Under the pieces are notes generated by a model that made no database searches, was not told the origin of the DNA, and saw only the letters and a program-made list of their open reading frames with translations. A DNA stretch of 64,000 nt from Eledone cirrhosa (taxonomy: Eukaryota): contig OZ024757.1 in the NCBI GenBank assembly GCA_964016885.1, positions 6,014,001 to 6,078,000 of the forward strand, in the 5' to 3' direction. The translations under genes and the position numbers were made by a program. The number at the start of each line of letters is the position of its first letter. The stretch's first letter is position 1. Positions 1-13,370 of this stretch are shown here, piece after piece.

Positions 1-286
1 GACCTGTCCAACCCAAGCAAGCATGGAAAAACGAACATAAAAACAGTGATGATGTTAATGAAGATGACGTACATATACACCCATACATAATAAATAAATC
101 AAATACAGATATGCACATACTTATATATAAAAAGATACAAACATACATGGACACAAATTTCTACACACATACATTCACACATATATAGCGTATGTAAATT
201 CTGAACAATACAGTTTTGTCAGCACAAGTCTTGGTTAAAACTTCTACAAATAAAATGAAAGGAGAATAATTTCTTAGTAAAACAGT

Positions 287-292
287 TTTATT
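287..292 (-). promoter_or_regulatory. Candidate polyadenylation signal AATAAA for ZF copy 1
   Basis: AATAAA on - followed by T-rich sequence. The same site lies downstream of all four copies (~18307, ~32945, ~52199). Confidence 0.45.
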
Positions 293-345
293 CAAGATAT
301 TAACAACATTGGTGGCACTATTTTAGGTGAGTGATATGGTTTTTA

Positions 346-1020
<675 letters not shown>

Positions 1021-1161
1021 ATGGGTGGAGGTGACGAGAGCAGACCTCTTAAGCTCACGGTGTAGATGACAAAGGACCGTGACAAGTGGAGAGATCCTGT
1101 GCTGAATAGGACCCATCCCACCCTTGCAAGCAGGGAAAAGAGGACGTAAAATGATGATGAT
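1021..1161 (+). mobile_element. RTE LINE 3' terminal fragment in the ZF 3' region
   Basis: Matches the RTE ends at 15.85-16.0 and 38.29-38.44 kb, with an (ATG)n tail. Shared by ZF copies 1-3, absent from copy 4. Confidence 0.8.
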
Positions 1162-1379
1162 ATGGTTTCCCTCATCTATACCTATATATAGTTAAATTGC
1201 TCCATTAAAAGATATATTTTCCAAACATATCAAAGTGATATGGCTTCTCACCTGTATATGTTTGTGTGAAGTTAATGTAACATTGAAAGAGAATGATTTA
1301 CCATAGATATTACACTGATATATATTTGTATTCTCATTAATTCACAATTTTGAGAGGATTTATCACTGATGTCAATGCA

Positions 1380-2654
1380 TTAAGATTTCTCCTCTGCATG
1401 TATGAGTTTGTGAGTAGTTAGGCTACTTTTTCCAGAGAGTGATATACCACAGATATCACAGTGATATGGCTTGTCTCCTGTATGGGTACGTTTGTGGCTA
1501 GTTAAGTTACTACTTTGAGAGAATGATTTACCACAGATATCACAGTGATATGGCTTGTTTCCTGTATGTATTCGTTTGTGGCTAGTTAAGTTACCACTGT
1601 CAGAGAATGATTTTCCACAGATATCACAATGATATGGCTTGTCTCCTGTATGTATATGTTTGTGGCTAGTTAAGTTACCACTATCAGAGAATGATTTACC
1701 ACAGATATCACAATGATATGGCTTGTCTCCTGTATGGGTACGTTTGTGTCTATTTAAATGACCACTTACAGAGAATGAATTACCACAGATATCACAGTGA
1801 CATGGCTTGTCTCCTGTATGGGTACGTTTGTGTCTATTTAAACGACCACTTACAGAGAATGATTTACCACATATATCACAGTGATATGGCTTGTCTCCTG
1901 TATGGGTACGTATGTGTCCCGTTAAGTTACTACTTTGAGAGAATGATTTACCACAGATATGACAGTGGTATGGCTTTTCTCCTGTATGTATACGTTTGTG
2001 GCTAGTTAAGTAACTACTCTCAGAGAATGATTTACCACAGATATCACAGTGGTATGGCTTGTCTCCTGTATGTATACGTTTGTGGCTAGTTAAGTGACTA
2101 CTCTCAGAGAATGATTTACCACAGATATGACAGTGATATGGCTTGTCTACTGTATGTATATGTTTGTGTCTAGTTACATGACTACTTTGAGAGAATGATT
2201 TACCACAGATGTCACAGTGGTATGGCTTGTCTCCTGTATGGGTACGTAAGTGTTTAGTTAATGCATCACTTCGAGGGAATGTTTTACCACAGATATCACA
2301 GTGATATGGCTTCTCACCTGTATGTAAATGGTTGTGAGTAGTTAAGGTACTACTTTTAGTGAATGATTTACCACAGATCTCACAGTGGTATGGCTTCTCA
2401 CCTGTATGTAAATGGTTGTGACTAGTTAAGCTACTTTTCCCAGAGAATGATTTAGCACAGATATTACAGTGATATGGTTTGTCTCCTGTATGTATAACTT
2501 TGTGAGTCATTAAGGTACTACGTATATTGAATGATTTACCACAGATATTGCAGTGATATGGTTTCTCTTCTCCAACCTTTGTCATCTCACCAGGAATACT
2601 AAACATTTTCGATTGTGTTTCGCATTTAACATTTTCACGCACTTTATTTTCCAT
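1380..2654 (-). CDS. Tandem C2H2 zinc-finger protein, 14 fingers, no KRAB/effector domain visible (cluster copy 1)
   Basis: Open 424-aa ORF: ~30-aa leader, then 14 CxxC-x12-HxxxH units with TG(D/E)KPY linkers, ending AEEKS. In-frame stop upstream of the ATG. Confidence 0.92.
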   Translation of the reverse strand: MENKVRENVKCETQSKMFSIPGEMTKVGEEKPYHCNICGKSFNIRSTLMTHKVIHTGDKPYHCNICAKSFSGKSSLTSHNHLHTGEKPYHCEICGKSFTKSSTLTTHNHLHTGEKPYHCDICGKTFPRSDALTKHLRTHTGDKPYHCDICGKSFSQSSHVTRHKHIHTVDKPYHCHICGKSFSESSHLTSHKRIHTGDKPYHCDICGKSFSESSYLTSHKRIHTGEKPYHCHICGKSFSQSSNLTGHIRTHTGDKPYHCDICGKSFSVSGRLNRHKRTHTGDKPCHCDICGNSFSVSGHLNRHKRTHTGDKPYHCDICGKSFSDSGNLTSHKHIHTGDKPYHCDICGKSFSDSGNLTSHKRIHTGNKPYHCDICGKSFSQSSNLTSHKRTHTGDKPYHCDICGISLSGKSSLTTHKLIHAEEKS

Positions 2655-2831
2655 AATAATTTTATCTCCAACAGAATATACTTGTGATATTTTTTAGATT
2701 ATATTCCTAAAAAATATATCTTCTATATTTCCCTCAACTGTGATTTCAGTTAATAGTCTTCAAATGATGATAAATAGAGGTGATGTATCCGAGATTGAAA
2801 ATAATAATTTATCCCAATGCCATCTGGTATT

Positions 2832-2848
2832 CTGAAATAAGAAAGAAA
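2832..2848 (-). promoter_or_regulatory. Candidate splice acceptor opening the ZF coding exon
   Basis: The - strand reads TTTCTTTCTTATTTCAG|AAT. The equivalent AG is at 20881, 34603 and 53746 in the other copies. Confidence 0.55.
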
Positions 2849-3627
2849 CAGTATGATATAATACAGAATACTTAAGAAGCAGAGATAGATTTAACAGTGG
2901 AAATTTTATATTTCTATATTGGTAAACTGTAGATATCAACTTTCCTGTCCAGAGTAATTCTCTCCAATGCAAACAGTGGTATTCCAGCATGCTCTATAAA
3001 TGTTATCCTTCTATCTCTAGAGAGGTCTGCTCTATGGCAGTTTAGTGAAAAATTCATTCTGATAGGACTTTCTAACATAGCTATTATCTCCTCTCCTGGT
3101 GACATGTCAACACCAGTTTAACCTCCATCTTCTTATTAGTAGGAGTCAATTGTTCCTCTATAACTTTTTCTTACTTCTTTTCTATCTTTCTCTGGGAGAA
3201 ATAGGCTGTGTTTAGACCAGGAGTTACGAGTCTATATGAATCCATACAATATCTGACTTCACTTGAAGTTTTATTCAGATTTCAATTGTGTTCAGATGAG
3301 AGAGGTGATGGGCTCCATCAGGTTTTAAAATATGCCCGAGAAATACTGTATGTCACTTAGTGTACCCCTACGACTCCACTAGTGTTTCATTTGTTGAGGA
3401 CTATATCTGGGTTAGCCAGCCAAGTATCAGTAGAAGGGAAAACAGGTCCCTGATCCCCTCAGAAAAATGGCCTTGCTCATTATGCTAGAAAGGTGTAGGT
3501 AGAAATTCTATTCTCTGTCCAAAATACAAACAATGGGTACACAAGAGATGTAGTGGGATCTCAGGTAGGTTAGCTAAGAATATAGGTCCATTGCACAGGA
3601 GCAGTAAGCAGCAAACATTCACAGGAA

Positions 3628-3846
3628 GCAACGATTGACTTTCATCAAATCGGACCGAGGAAACAATGTTTCCATTGGTCTTTCCAATTGCTAATACTAT
3701 TTATCAGTCACAACTCCAGGTAGAAGGAGCAATGTGAAATAAAATGTCTTGCTCAAGGACATAACACATCACCCGGTCGGTGAATCGAACTCACAATCTC
3801 ACGATTGCAAATCCAATCCTCTAACTACTCAGCCACACGCCTTCAC
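3628..3846 (-). mobile_element. tRNA-derived CORE-type SINE inside an RTE remnant (3480-4070)
   Basis: A box TGGCTGAGTAG, B box GTTCGATTC, CORE-like GTCCTTGAGCAAGAC. Same family as 17210-17420. Confidence 0.75.
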
Positions 3847-4097
3847 AGGAAACAAGCCCTAACAAACTGTTGGAGGGTCACATAGAAGAGGTAGACAGCT
3901 TCTGTTGCCTGGGTGATGATATCATCAGTGGAGGGGGGTGTTCTGAAAGTAGAGCAGCCTGAGTGAACATGGACTGGAAAAGGTTCAGGATGCTACTACC
4001 ATGGCAACTTACTAAAGGCTTTTTCTTCAAAACAAAGGGCAGGTTGAATAATGCGTGTATACGAACAGTTTAACACACACACACACATATATATATT

Positions 4098-7000
4098 ATC
4101 ATCATCATCACCGTTTTACATCCGTTCTTCCACGCTAGCATGGGTTAGACGGGTTGTCCTGTTGTGGGCAGTGTCTGGTCGGCTGACCATGCCTTGCTCA
4201 TGCAGGAACTGATCTGGCTTGATTTCTACAGCTGGATGCCCTTCCTAACACCAACCTCATTTACAGTGAGTGCTGGGTGCTTTTTTGTGGCGCCTACACG
4301 TCCACTTTACAGTGTGGGCTGGGTGCTCTTTTGCCGTGGCACCTCCACGACCACCTTGCGGTGGGGGGTGTGGAGGCATATTGTCTATATGCTTCAGCTT
4401 GTACACATGGGAGGTCGGGTACTCTGTATTACTGCATGATGCCAGAAGTCATGGTCGTGTGTCATTGTCTTTGAGAGGTGTAATTGGGTAAGGTCGGCTT
4501 TTACCACCTCATCCCAGGTCATCTTGGGTCTCCCCACTCTGCGGTTTCCATCAACTTCTAGTGCTTTGCACCTTTTTATGCAGCTGTCATCCTTCATACG
4601 CATCACATGTCCATACCAGCGCAACCGCCTCTCCTGCACATAGCATTTGATTCCTCTGATGCTCAGTCTGTCTCTCAGATATATATAGATATATTATATT
4701 ATATTATATATATATATATGTTATATATATTAAATGATATATATATATTATATTATATATATATATATGTTATATATATATATTATATATAATATATATA
4801 GCATTTGATTCCTCTTATGCTCAGTCTCTCTCTCAATTCATTTATGCTTTGTCGTTCACGTATATTATTGTTACACATCCATCGGAGCATGCAGGCTTCG
4901 TTTCTCTCTAATCTACGTAAGTCTTCCACCTTCAGCGCCCAGGTCTCACTACCATGCAACATTACTGTTCGGATACACGCATCATACAGTCTGCCTTTCA
5001 TTCTGAGGGAGAAGCCTTTTGCAGCTAGCAATGGTAGTAGTTCCCTAAACTTCTTCCATCCCGTTCTTACCCTAGTTATTGTACTTTCTGAACACCCACC
5101 TCCGCTGCTAATTCGGTCACCTAGGTAGCAGAAGCTGTCTACTGTTTCTACAGAGCCTTCTCATTGATTGGTGGTACTTGTTTCTTGTGGCTGTTTACTG
5201 CTTGCTGTCTCAGCACAGCTGCTGCATGTGAAGTCTACATTCTTAATTAAGCTTCCTGAGATACCGCTACATTTCTTGTGTAACCTTTGTTTGCATTTGG
5301 GGCAGAGAATGGAGTTCCTACCTACACCTTTCCTACATACTGAGCAAGGCCATTTCCCTGAGGGGATCTGGGTTCTGTTTTCTCGTCTACTTACAAGGAC
5401 CTTAGTCTTTGTCATGTTGACTTTGAGACCCTTTCTTTCTAGTCCCTGCTTCCAAGTTTGGAATTTATTCTCTAGTTCTACCATAGATTCAGCTATGAGT
5501 GCGAGGTCATCAGCATACAGGAGTTCCCATGGGTATCCGGTCTTAAACTCCTCCGTTATTGCCTGCAGGACTATGATGAACAGGAGAGAGCTAAGAACTG
5601 AGCCCTGGTGGACCCCAACCTGTACGCTAAATTCCTCGCTAAACTCATTGCTAATCCTAACATTGCTGACTGCTCCCCTATACATGGCTTGTACAGCTTT
5701 CACAAGCCATTCATCTACTCCTAGTTTTCTAAGAGCCCACCAGATTACAGCACGTGGAACTCTGTCAAAGGCTTTCTCAAGGTCAACAAATGCCAAGTAG
5801 AGTGGCTTACTTTTAGCTAGGTACTTTTCCTGTAATTGCCTCACAAGGAAGAGGGCATCAGTGGTGCCTCTTCCTGGTACAAACCCAAATTGCATCTCGT
5901 CTATTTTCACCCGGTCCCTAATCAACTGTGCTATAACTCTTTCTGTTACTTTCATGACCTGGTCCATCAACTTTATACCTCTATAGTTTCCTCTATCTAG
6001 TGCATCGCCTTTACCTTTGTAGCAGTTGACAATGATGCTACTGCACCAATCTTTTGGTATGACACCTTCTAGTATTACCTGGTTAAAAATACGTGTGGTT
6101 ATAGTGTGACCTACAGACCCAGATGCCTTCAGCATCTCGGCAGCTATACCCGATGGACCGGTTGCCTTCCCCATCTTCATATCTTTGATTGCCTTACTTA
6201 CTACGCTGCTGCTGACTTGTACTGCTGGCCCCTCTATAGGGTCTACTTGGGGTAGGGTCTCTTCTTCCCATGCATTCTCCTCATTTAGTAATCTATCATA
6301 ATGACTCTTCCATGCATCTTTCTTCTCAGCACTTGTGAGGGCAAGCTCACCTTTATCATTCCGGATACACTTCTCTCCAATGATATCACAATTCTCTCTG
6401 ACACACTGCCTCGCAATCTTGAACACCTCCTGTTTCTGGTCCTCACATTGCAAAACATGCTTGAATTTTCTATCCTCTGCTTCCCTGCTAGCTAAGTATA
6501 CTTGTCGCCTAGCTTCCCTCCTGGTCTCTACATAATGTACCCTGCTCCTCCCGTTCTTCCATTTTTCCCATGCCTGTCTCTTGGCCTTAACTGCTTCATC
6601 TACCTTATTGTTCCACCACCAAGTCACTCTCCTCCTGCTTGAGGTCTTACTCCAGCCACAGACCTCATCCGTCGCCTATAGTAAATTATTTTTTAGGAAC
6701 TCCCAGTTCTCTTCTACATTAAATGTCTCTATCTGTTCTTCTTTACTGTCGTAGGCGTTGAGTAAAATATCTTTAAATCTGTTACTGGTTGAGGGGACTT
6801 TCAGCTTACAGATCTTTCTTCTCCAGGTTGGCCTCTGTTTCCAGGTTCGACTAGTTCTGGCCATGAGGTCGCTGACAACTAAGCTATGTTGGGATGTACA
6901 TTCCTCACTAGGGAAGGCTTTTGTGTTTACGACCGTCCATCTGTCACGTCCTCTGATGAGGATAAAATCTATCTGACTGGAGTGCTCCCCTGATCTATAG

Positions 7001-8200
7001 GTGATCAGGTGGTTGTCGGGTTTTTTAAAGTTTGTGTTACATATCGACATGTCATTGGCGTCGCAGAATTCTAGAAGTCTGAATCCTTCCTCATTTCTTG
7101 TGCTAACCGCATGGCCTCCATGTACTCTATTGAAGCCGTCGCAGTGTTTACCTACGTGTCCGTTAAAATCTCCTGCGATGATTAGGAAGTCATTGTCGTC
7201 TGTTAGAGCAGTAGTGTGCATTAGAGACTCGTAAAACCTATTCTTAAGTTCGTCTGGCAGCCCCGATTGGGGTGCGTAAGCTGATATTATTGTGGTAATT
7301 GTTTGCCTTTCATCCTTATGGGGTCGATAAAATAAAGTACCAGTAATGCACTGGGTAATTGCTGGCCTTGTGCCTAAAGTAGAAACAATTATTGTGGTAA
7401 TTGTTTTATTCAGGACTAGTCTGAGTTTAATGATTCTTGCATTTACCCTGTACACTGAGATTACTTTATCTACCCACTTGTCAGCTAGTAGTATACCTAC
7501 ACCACCCATCCCATCATCATTTCCCACCCAGAAAAATTTGTAGCACCGACCTTTTCCTACCAGGACTCTAGCAGACTCTCCTCTCCCTCTAGTCTCTTGC
7601 ACACAGCATACAACAAATTTCCTTTCGCTCTAGCATCTCTACGATTTCTCCTGCTCTTCCTTTCATTGAGCTTACATTGATGGTACCAACTCGGAGTTTT
7701 GGGCATTTGTCGACACTCGTAGGGAAGGGTCTCTGGGTTGGTGCTTCACATGGGTGCTTGGTAGCTCGCAGATTCATATTTCATCTATTGATTCAGAGTT
7801 GCTCAAATTTTATTCTCAGCTCATCCATCCATAATGGTAGGAAAATTGAGGGCTAGAAGAACAGTGGTGGTGGGATAATGGCAGGGGGTGTTGGGCTGCG
7901 ACAGGGGAGGAGAGTGTTAGTTAGTAGTAGTAGTAGCAGCAGCAGCAGCCGTGGAAATGGCATGCTGAGGTTTGATAGGTCGAATAGGCTCTGGTGGTGA
8001 GAGAGGTATAGAGAGGGTAGGCACTGTGGGTCGCATGGTAAATATCCGAGAGAGATACGATAGAATTAGAATACCACATGGTAAATATCCGAAATTAATT
8101 CAGCAGAAAACAGCAGTAATATTAACATAATAACGTCATAAAAACTAAGATACCTTCGAAAATTTGTATGGATGGGTGGCTGGAACGAAATCAAATCAAC
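4098..8200 (-). mobile_element. Near full-length RTE LINE (APE endonuclease + RT with internal PHD finger), inactivated
   Basis: ORF pieces 7777-7589, 7602-6676 ([20 protein letters not shown]), 6627-5161 (NYRGI, DLEKAFD, QGSVLS, YADD), 5031-4783 and 4639-4394; (ATG)n tail at ~4100; several stops and frameshifts. The 5' boundary is approximate. Confidence 0.93.
7286..7406 (+). mobile_element. 5'-truncated SINE (second family) with 19-bp TSD inside the RTE endonuclease
   Basis: ATTATTGTGGTAATTGTTT at 7286-7304 and 7388-7406 flanks GCCTTTCATCC...GCCTTGTGCCTAAAGTAGAAACA. Confidence 0.88.
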
Positions 8201-8247
8201 TTTAGATATATATATTTATATAATTGTGTGTATATATATATATATAC

Positions 8248-10212
8248 ATTAAGACAATGTCACTGGACTGAGATCTTTGGCGCTACTCAGTAATACAGAA
8301 GACCCACCTTGCCTATGTACAAAGCAAAACCTACAGTCAGTAGGCACCTCTTAACCAAATATACAGCCCCATCCCACTATCCAACCCCCACCCCCATCAA
8401 CACCACCCTATCTCTGTAAAGTTCTGTTGGTACCACAACATCCAGTCCTAAATAAATGAGGTCGTGTAGGTGTCACGACAAAAAAACACACAGTCCACGC
8501 TGTAATGTGGCCGTGTAGGTAACACGGTAAAAACCTCCCAGTCCACTGTAAATGTAGTTGGTGTTAGGAAGGATATCCAGCCATAGAAAACCTGCCATCT
8601 AGTCCTATACAAGTGAGACATGGTCAGCCGACCAATCTTGCCTCAAGTGGGACAATTCCCGTCTAAACCCATGCTTGCGTGGAAGGTAGACGTTAAACGA
8701 TGATGATGATGATGATGACAAGCAATATATATAATCTAAGTAGAATGGTATAATGAAAGCATATAATGTAGGTACAGCAGTATTCTCATAAATTGCTACA
8801 AAGGTAAAGGGGATACTCTAGAGAGCAGTAATTATAGGGGCATAAAACTGATGGATCAGGTTATGAAAGTGGCAGAGAGAATATTAGCGCAGCTGATTAG
8901 AGAAAGGGTCAATTTAGATGAGATGCAGTTTGGTTTTGTGCCTCGGAAAAGTACAACAGAAGCCCTCTTCTTAGTGAGGCAACTACAAGAGAGGTTCTTA
9001 GAGAAGAATAAGTCTCTAAACTTAGCTTTTGTTAGGGTACCCTAATCTGTCATCTGGTGGTCCCTAAGGAAACCAGGTGTAGAGGAATGGCTTGTGAGGA
9101 CAGTGCAAGCTATGTACAGGGCTGCTGTCAGTAAAGTGAGGAATTCCAGATACAAGTAGGTGTACATCAAGGTTCGGTCCTCAGCCGACTCTTGTTCATT
9201 ATAGGCCTCCAAGCCATAACAGAGGAGTTTAAGACTGGATGCCCATGGAACTTCTCTATGCTGATGATCTGGTTCTTATAGCAGAATCAGTGAATCAGTA
9301 GAGGGGTTAGAGAATAAATTCTGTCTATGGAAACAGCAGTTGGAATCAAGAGGCCTGAGTGTGAACATAGCTTAAACAAAAGTGTTGATGAGTAGAAAAG
9401 AGGACAAAACTCTGAATCCATCAGGGAAATGGCCATGTTCGATATGTGGGAAAGGAACTCGCATAAATTCCATAAAATATACGCAATGCAGATGTTGGGT
9501 ACACAAGAGATGTAGTGGGATAGCAGGCAAACTAACAGGTTGGGAGAACTATTTATGCAGTAGCTGTACAGGGAAAGTTGGCAGTAGTAATCGCAGTGAT
9601 AGATACATTTTTCAAATACAGGTGGGTTCTATAGATGTTGTTGATAGCTTCCTGTACCTAGGTGATCAGATTATCATGTGTGGGGGTGTTCCGAAGCCAT
9701 AGGATCTAAAATAAGGACGGGTTGGAAGAAGTTTAGGGAGCTGCTTTCTCTGTTGACAAAGAAGGGTTTGTCCCTGCATACGAAAGGATGGTTATATGAT
9801 GCCAATGTGCGATGCTGCTTGGTAGTAAGACATGGGCAGCAACTGCAAAGGATATGTGATGGCTGGAGAGAAGCAAGCATGCTCCGTTGGATGTGCAATG
9901 TCAATGTGTGTGAACGACCAAGCATAGACGAGTTGAGAAAGAAACAGGGTATTAGAGGGATAGGTTGTGGTGTGCAGGAGAGAAGACTGAGATGGTATGG
10001 ACATGTGACCACTGGATAAAGAAGTGCCAAATAATCCCAGTAGTAGGAAGACGCAGAAGAAGTAGACCACATAAAACATGGGCGGAGGTGGTGAGAGAAG
10101 ACCTCAGATCGCTGAAACTCACCGAGGAGATGACAAGTGGAGAGATGCTGTGCTGAATAGGACCTGTCCCACCCTTGCAAGCAGGGAAAAACAGACGTAA
10201 AATGATGATGAT
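8248..10212 (+). mobile_element. RTE LINE remnants (3' UTR piece 8248-8718; RT-to-3'-end piece 8775-10212)
   Basis: Fragmented RT/PHD ORFs and (ATG)n tails. Duplicated at ~21635-23622. Confidence 0.85.
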
Positions 10213-10381
10213 ATATATATATACTAGTATTCCAGTGTTTAGGGAGAGACCGATAACATTGTTAGAGCACATTGCAGCCTTGAAGAGATGGTTTCAACAA
10301 GATTGGGTGATGAAAGTTATAGTTTTTGTAGTAGGATCTCATCACATAAGGTTCCTTCAAAGATTCTTCTAGAGTTACAGA

Positions 10382-10698
10382 GTCATTTATATATATGTGT
10401 GTGTTTTGAACAATGAAAATAAAACTAGAGATAAAGATATGTTCTTAATTAGTTCATTGTTTTACGATCATTTCAGAGGTTTGATTGATCATGGTAGATT
10501 GATATATTGACAAACAGGTAGTTGTTATGTCACTAACTATTTCTAGTCTCAAAATCCCTGATCAATCACACCGTATCAATATATTGATTTACCATGATCA
10601 ATCAACACTCTGAAACGATTGTAAAACAATGAACCATATCTCAGACTTTTGTTTTATTTTCAATGTTCAATACCCACAAACACACATATATAATTGAC
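10382..10698. repeat. Imperfect ~120-bp inverted repeat (foldback/MITE-like)
   Basis: The arm ...TTCATTGTTTTACGATCATTTCAGAG...GATATATTGA (to ~10510) is mirrored from ~10576. A partial duplicate lies at 23.78-24.02 kb. Confidence 0.7.
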
Positions 10699-10719
10699 AA
10701 TTTCTTTGGAATAATTGAT

Positions 10720-12300
10720 AAGACTTGTGGCTGGAACAAAGTACCAGCCAGACAGAGGGTGACCTAGTGGTGAAACAGCACAGTAGATAGAGCTATTAAC
10801 CCTGTAGCATTTACATTACTCTATATTTACTATTATATTTTCATGGTAAAGTCTTTATCTCACATAATATTGAATCTATGAGACTTTGATATTACTTATT
10901 TTGAGGACAATACATTAACATCAATATGAGCAGCGAGTTACAGCCGGTTTGAACAGAAAGAAGTGAGAGAATTCTGGCTGGATATGGCCAGTTTAAATGA
11001 TAAAGGGTTAAAGACAAGTGAAAGGCATGGAAAGACTGGAAAAATAGGGGCGTCAGACCAGGACCAGGTAGCTAAGAGAGAAGCTAGAAGACAGGTATAC
11101 ATAACAGAAAGAGAGGCTGAAAAAAGAAAGTTTGCCAACGCATTGAGACATGAGAATGAGAGGTGTGAAGTGTTCCACATTGCAAGACAGGGAAAGGTGT
11201 GTTAGAAATGACATTGGTACCACTGATGGTCAAAAGAAAGAGGCCTGGAAAAGTTACTATGAGAGATTGATGAATGTAGAGAATAAATTAAGAAGCAATC
11301 TTAGACTTTTGTTTTATGTTCATTGTTCAACACACACACACATATAATTGACATTCTCTTTGGAATTACTGATGAAACTTGTTAGTGACACAACTACAAG
11401 AGAGGTTCCTAGCCAAGATTAAGCTGCAATATTTAGCTTTTATAGATCTAGAAAAGGCCTTTGACAGAGTATCTTACTCTATTATCTGGTGGTCCTTCAG
11501 AAAATTAGGTGGAGAATGGCTTGTGAGAGCAGTGCAAGCCATGTACAGAGGAGCTGTCAGTAAAGTAAGAGTAGGAAGGGATTTTAGTGAACAATTCATG
11601 TACAGGTAGGTGTTCATCATGGTTCAGTTCACAACCCACTGCTGTTCATCATAGTTCTCCAGGCCATAACCAATAGGTTGAAGACTGGCTGGTCACGGGA
11701 AACAGTCTAATGTGAATGATCTGGTCCTTATAGCTGAATCCATAAAAGAACTAGAGAATAAGTGATCCTACTGCATATGTAGGAAAGAAGAAGCCATAAA
11801 CTGTACACAATGATAGCTTCCGCTATCTAGGTAACCTAATTAGCAGCGGAGGAGGGTGCTTCGTAAGAGAGGATAGGATTGAAGTTTAGAGAGTTACTTA
11901 CACTGTTGGCAAATACAGGTTTCTCCCTACGTACAAAGATGTTGGCTGTACAATGCCTGTGTGTAAAGTGCAATATTGCATGGAAGTGACACATGGGTAG
12001 TAACTGCAGAAGACATGCATAAGCTGGAGAGAAATGGAGCAACCATGCTTCGTTGGATGTGCAACGTAAATGTGAGAGGAAGGCAGAGCTTGGATAAAAT
12101 GAGGAAGTAATTGGTAATCACTGGTTAAAGAAGTGCCACGGAAAACCAGAGGGAGACCAGGGTAGATGTGGTGAGAGCTGATGTCAAATTGCTGAGACTC
12201 ACAGATGACGAAGGAACAAGCGAGTGGGGAGATGTGCTTAAAAGGACCCATTCAACCCATGCCAGGATTAAAAAACGGACGTAAAACTATGATGATGTAG
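10720..12300 (+). mobile_element. Highly degraded RTE LINE with multiple deletions
   Basis: Fragments REARRQVY, DLEKAFDRV and LRWMCNV, plus the 3' tail. Confidence 0.75.
10800..11007. mobile_element. TTAA-flanked MITE (piggyBac-like termini), unexpanded copy
   Basis: TTAA|CCCTGTAGCATTTA ... TAAATGATAAAGGG|TTAA, interrupting an RTE fragment. Confidence 0.82.
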
Positions 12301-13034
12301 ATGAAGTAAATTAAATCAAGATAGATTTAGACTAAAACGAACAAAACTTCCCTGAAACAACAAGGTACAACTAAATATAAAATATATTTTATAATGTAAG
12401 GTAGTGAACCACATAATTAAATAGACGGAGGTAATTTAAATAATAAAGATATCTTTAATTTTGTAACAAATAACACTTCCTTCTCCAAGCCTAGATCCGA
12501 AACCGAATCTAAGAATTCTCGCTGTTCAAAATCACGACGACAGGCGCCAAAGAAAGGTTTTTCCTTTGTCCTGTCAAAAAGTGATTGATCGCCTCCCTTT
12601 GACCTACGACCTCAGCTAGGTCAAGCCAAAGTCAAATTGACCGAAGGACGTAGAAACCCTGTTGCTGTATGTCTATCATTCTAGCCACCGCAACATTATA
12701 TATATGAGGGTCAAGGGAAACCCAGGATAGAAAGCTGGTCTGACAACACACAGAGAGACCTACTGTGTCAGATGAACTACACACACACACTCACACAAAC
12801 ATATTCATTCTAACACACCAGTTCCACAAATGTATCCTGGTTCTATTTTCTAACAGCTCGTAGCAGTTGTCAACATTAACATTTTTGTATGTAGTAAAGC
12901 ATGATGTGTACATAACCACAAATTAAGTTCCAGTGAAATAAATTATTTTTATAATGAATCCATTCACCTACTTGTTCATTATTCCGGCATACACATCCCT
13001 TATCAATATTTCACCATTATACACAACCACTACA

Positions 13035-13370
13035 ATTTACTTAAAGCAATAAGGTACAGTTAAATATAAAATATATTTTATAATGTAAGGTTGTGAACCA
13101 CATAATTAAATAGACGGAGGTAATTTAGATAATAAATATATCTTTAATTTACTTAAAGCAATAACAAGGTACAGCTAAAAATAAAATATATTTTATAATG
13201 TAAGGTAGTGAACCACATAATTAAATAGACGGAGGTAATTTAAATAATAAATATATCTTTAACTTACTTAAAGCAATAACAAGGTACAGCTAAATATAGA
13301 ATATATTTTATAATGTAAGGTAGTGAACCACATAATTAAATAGACGGAGGTAATTTAAATAATAAAGACA
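13035..13370. repeat. 115-bp tandem repeat (~3 units), with a solitary unit at 12359-12460
   Basis: AAGGTACAG...TAGACGGAGGTAATTT at 13051, 13166 and 13281. Two units at 24261 and 24376. Confidence 0.85.

Noticed and set aside
2760-3105. Small ORFs recurring upstream of ZF copies
   Set aside because: Recurrence is explained by recent duplication; no recognisable domain, and not preserved in all copies.
5168-5800. Recurrent ~210-aa antisense ORF in RTE (also 56699-57331)
   Set aside because: Shadow of the RT frame in near-identical copies; no independent coding evidence.
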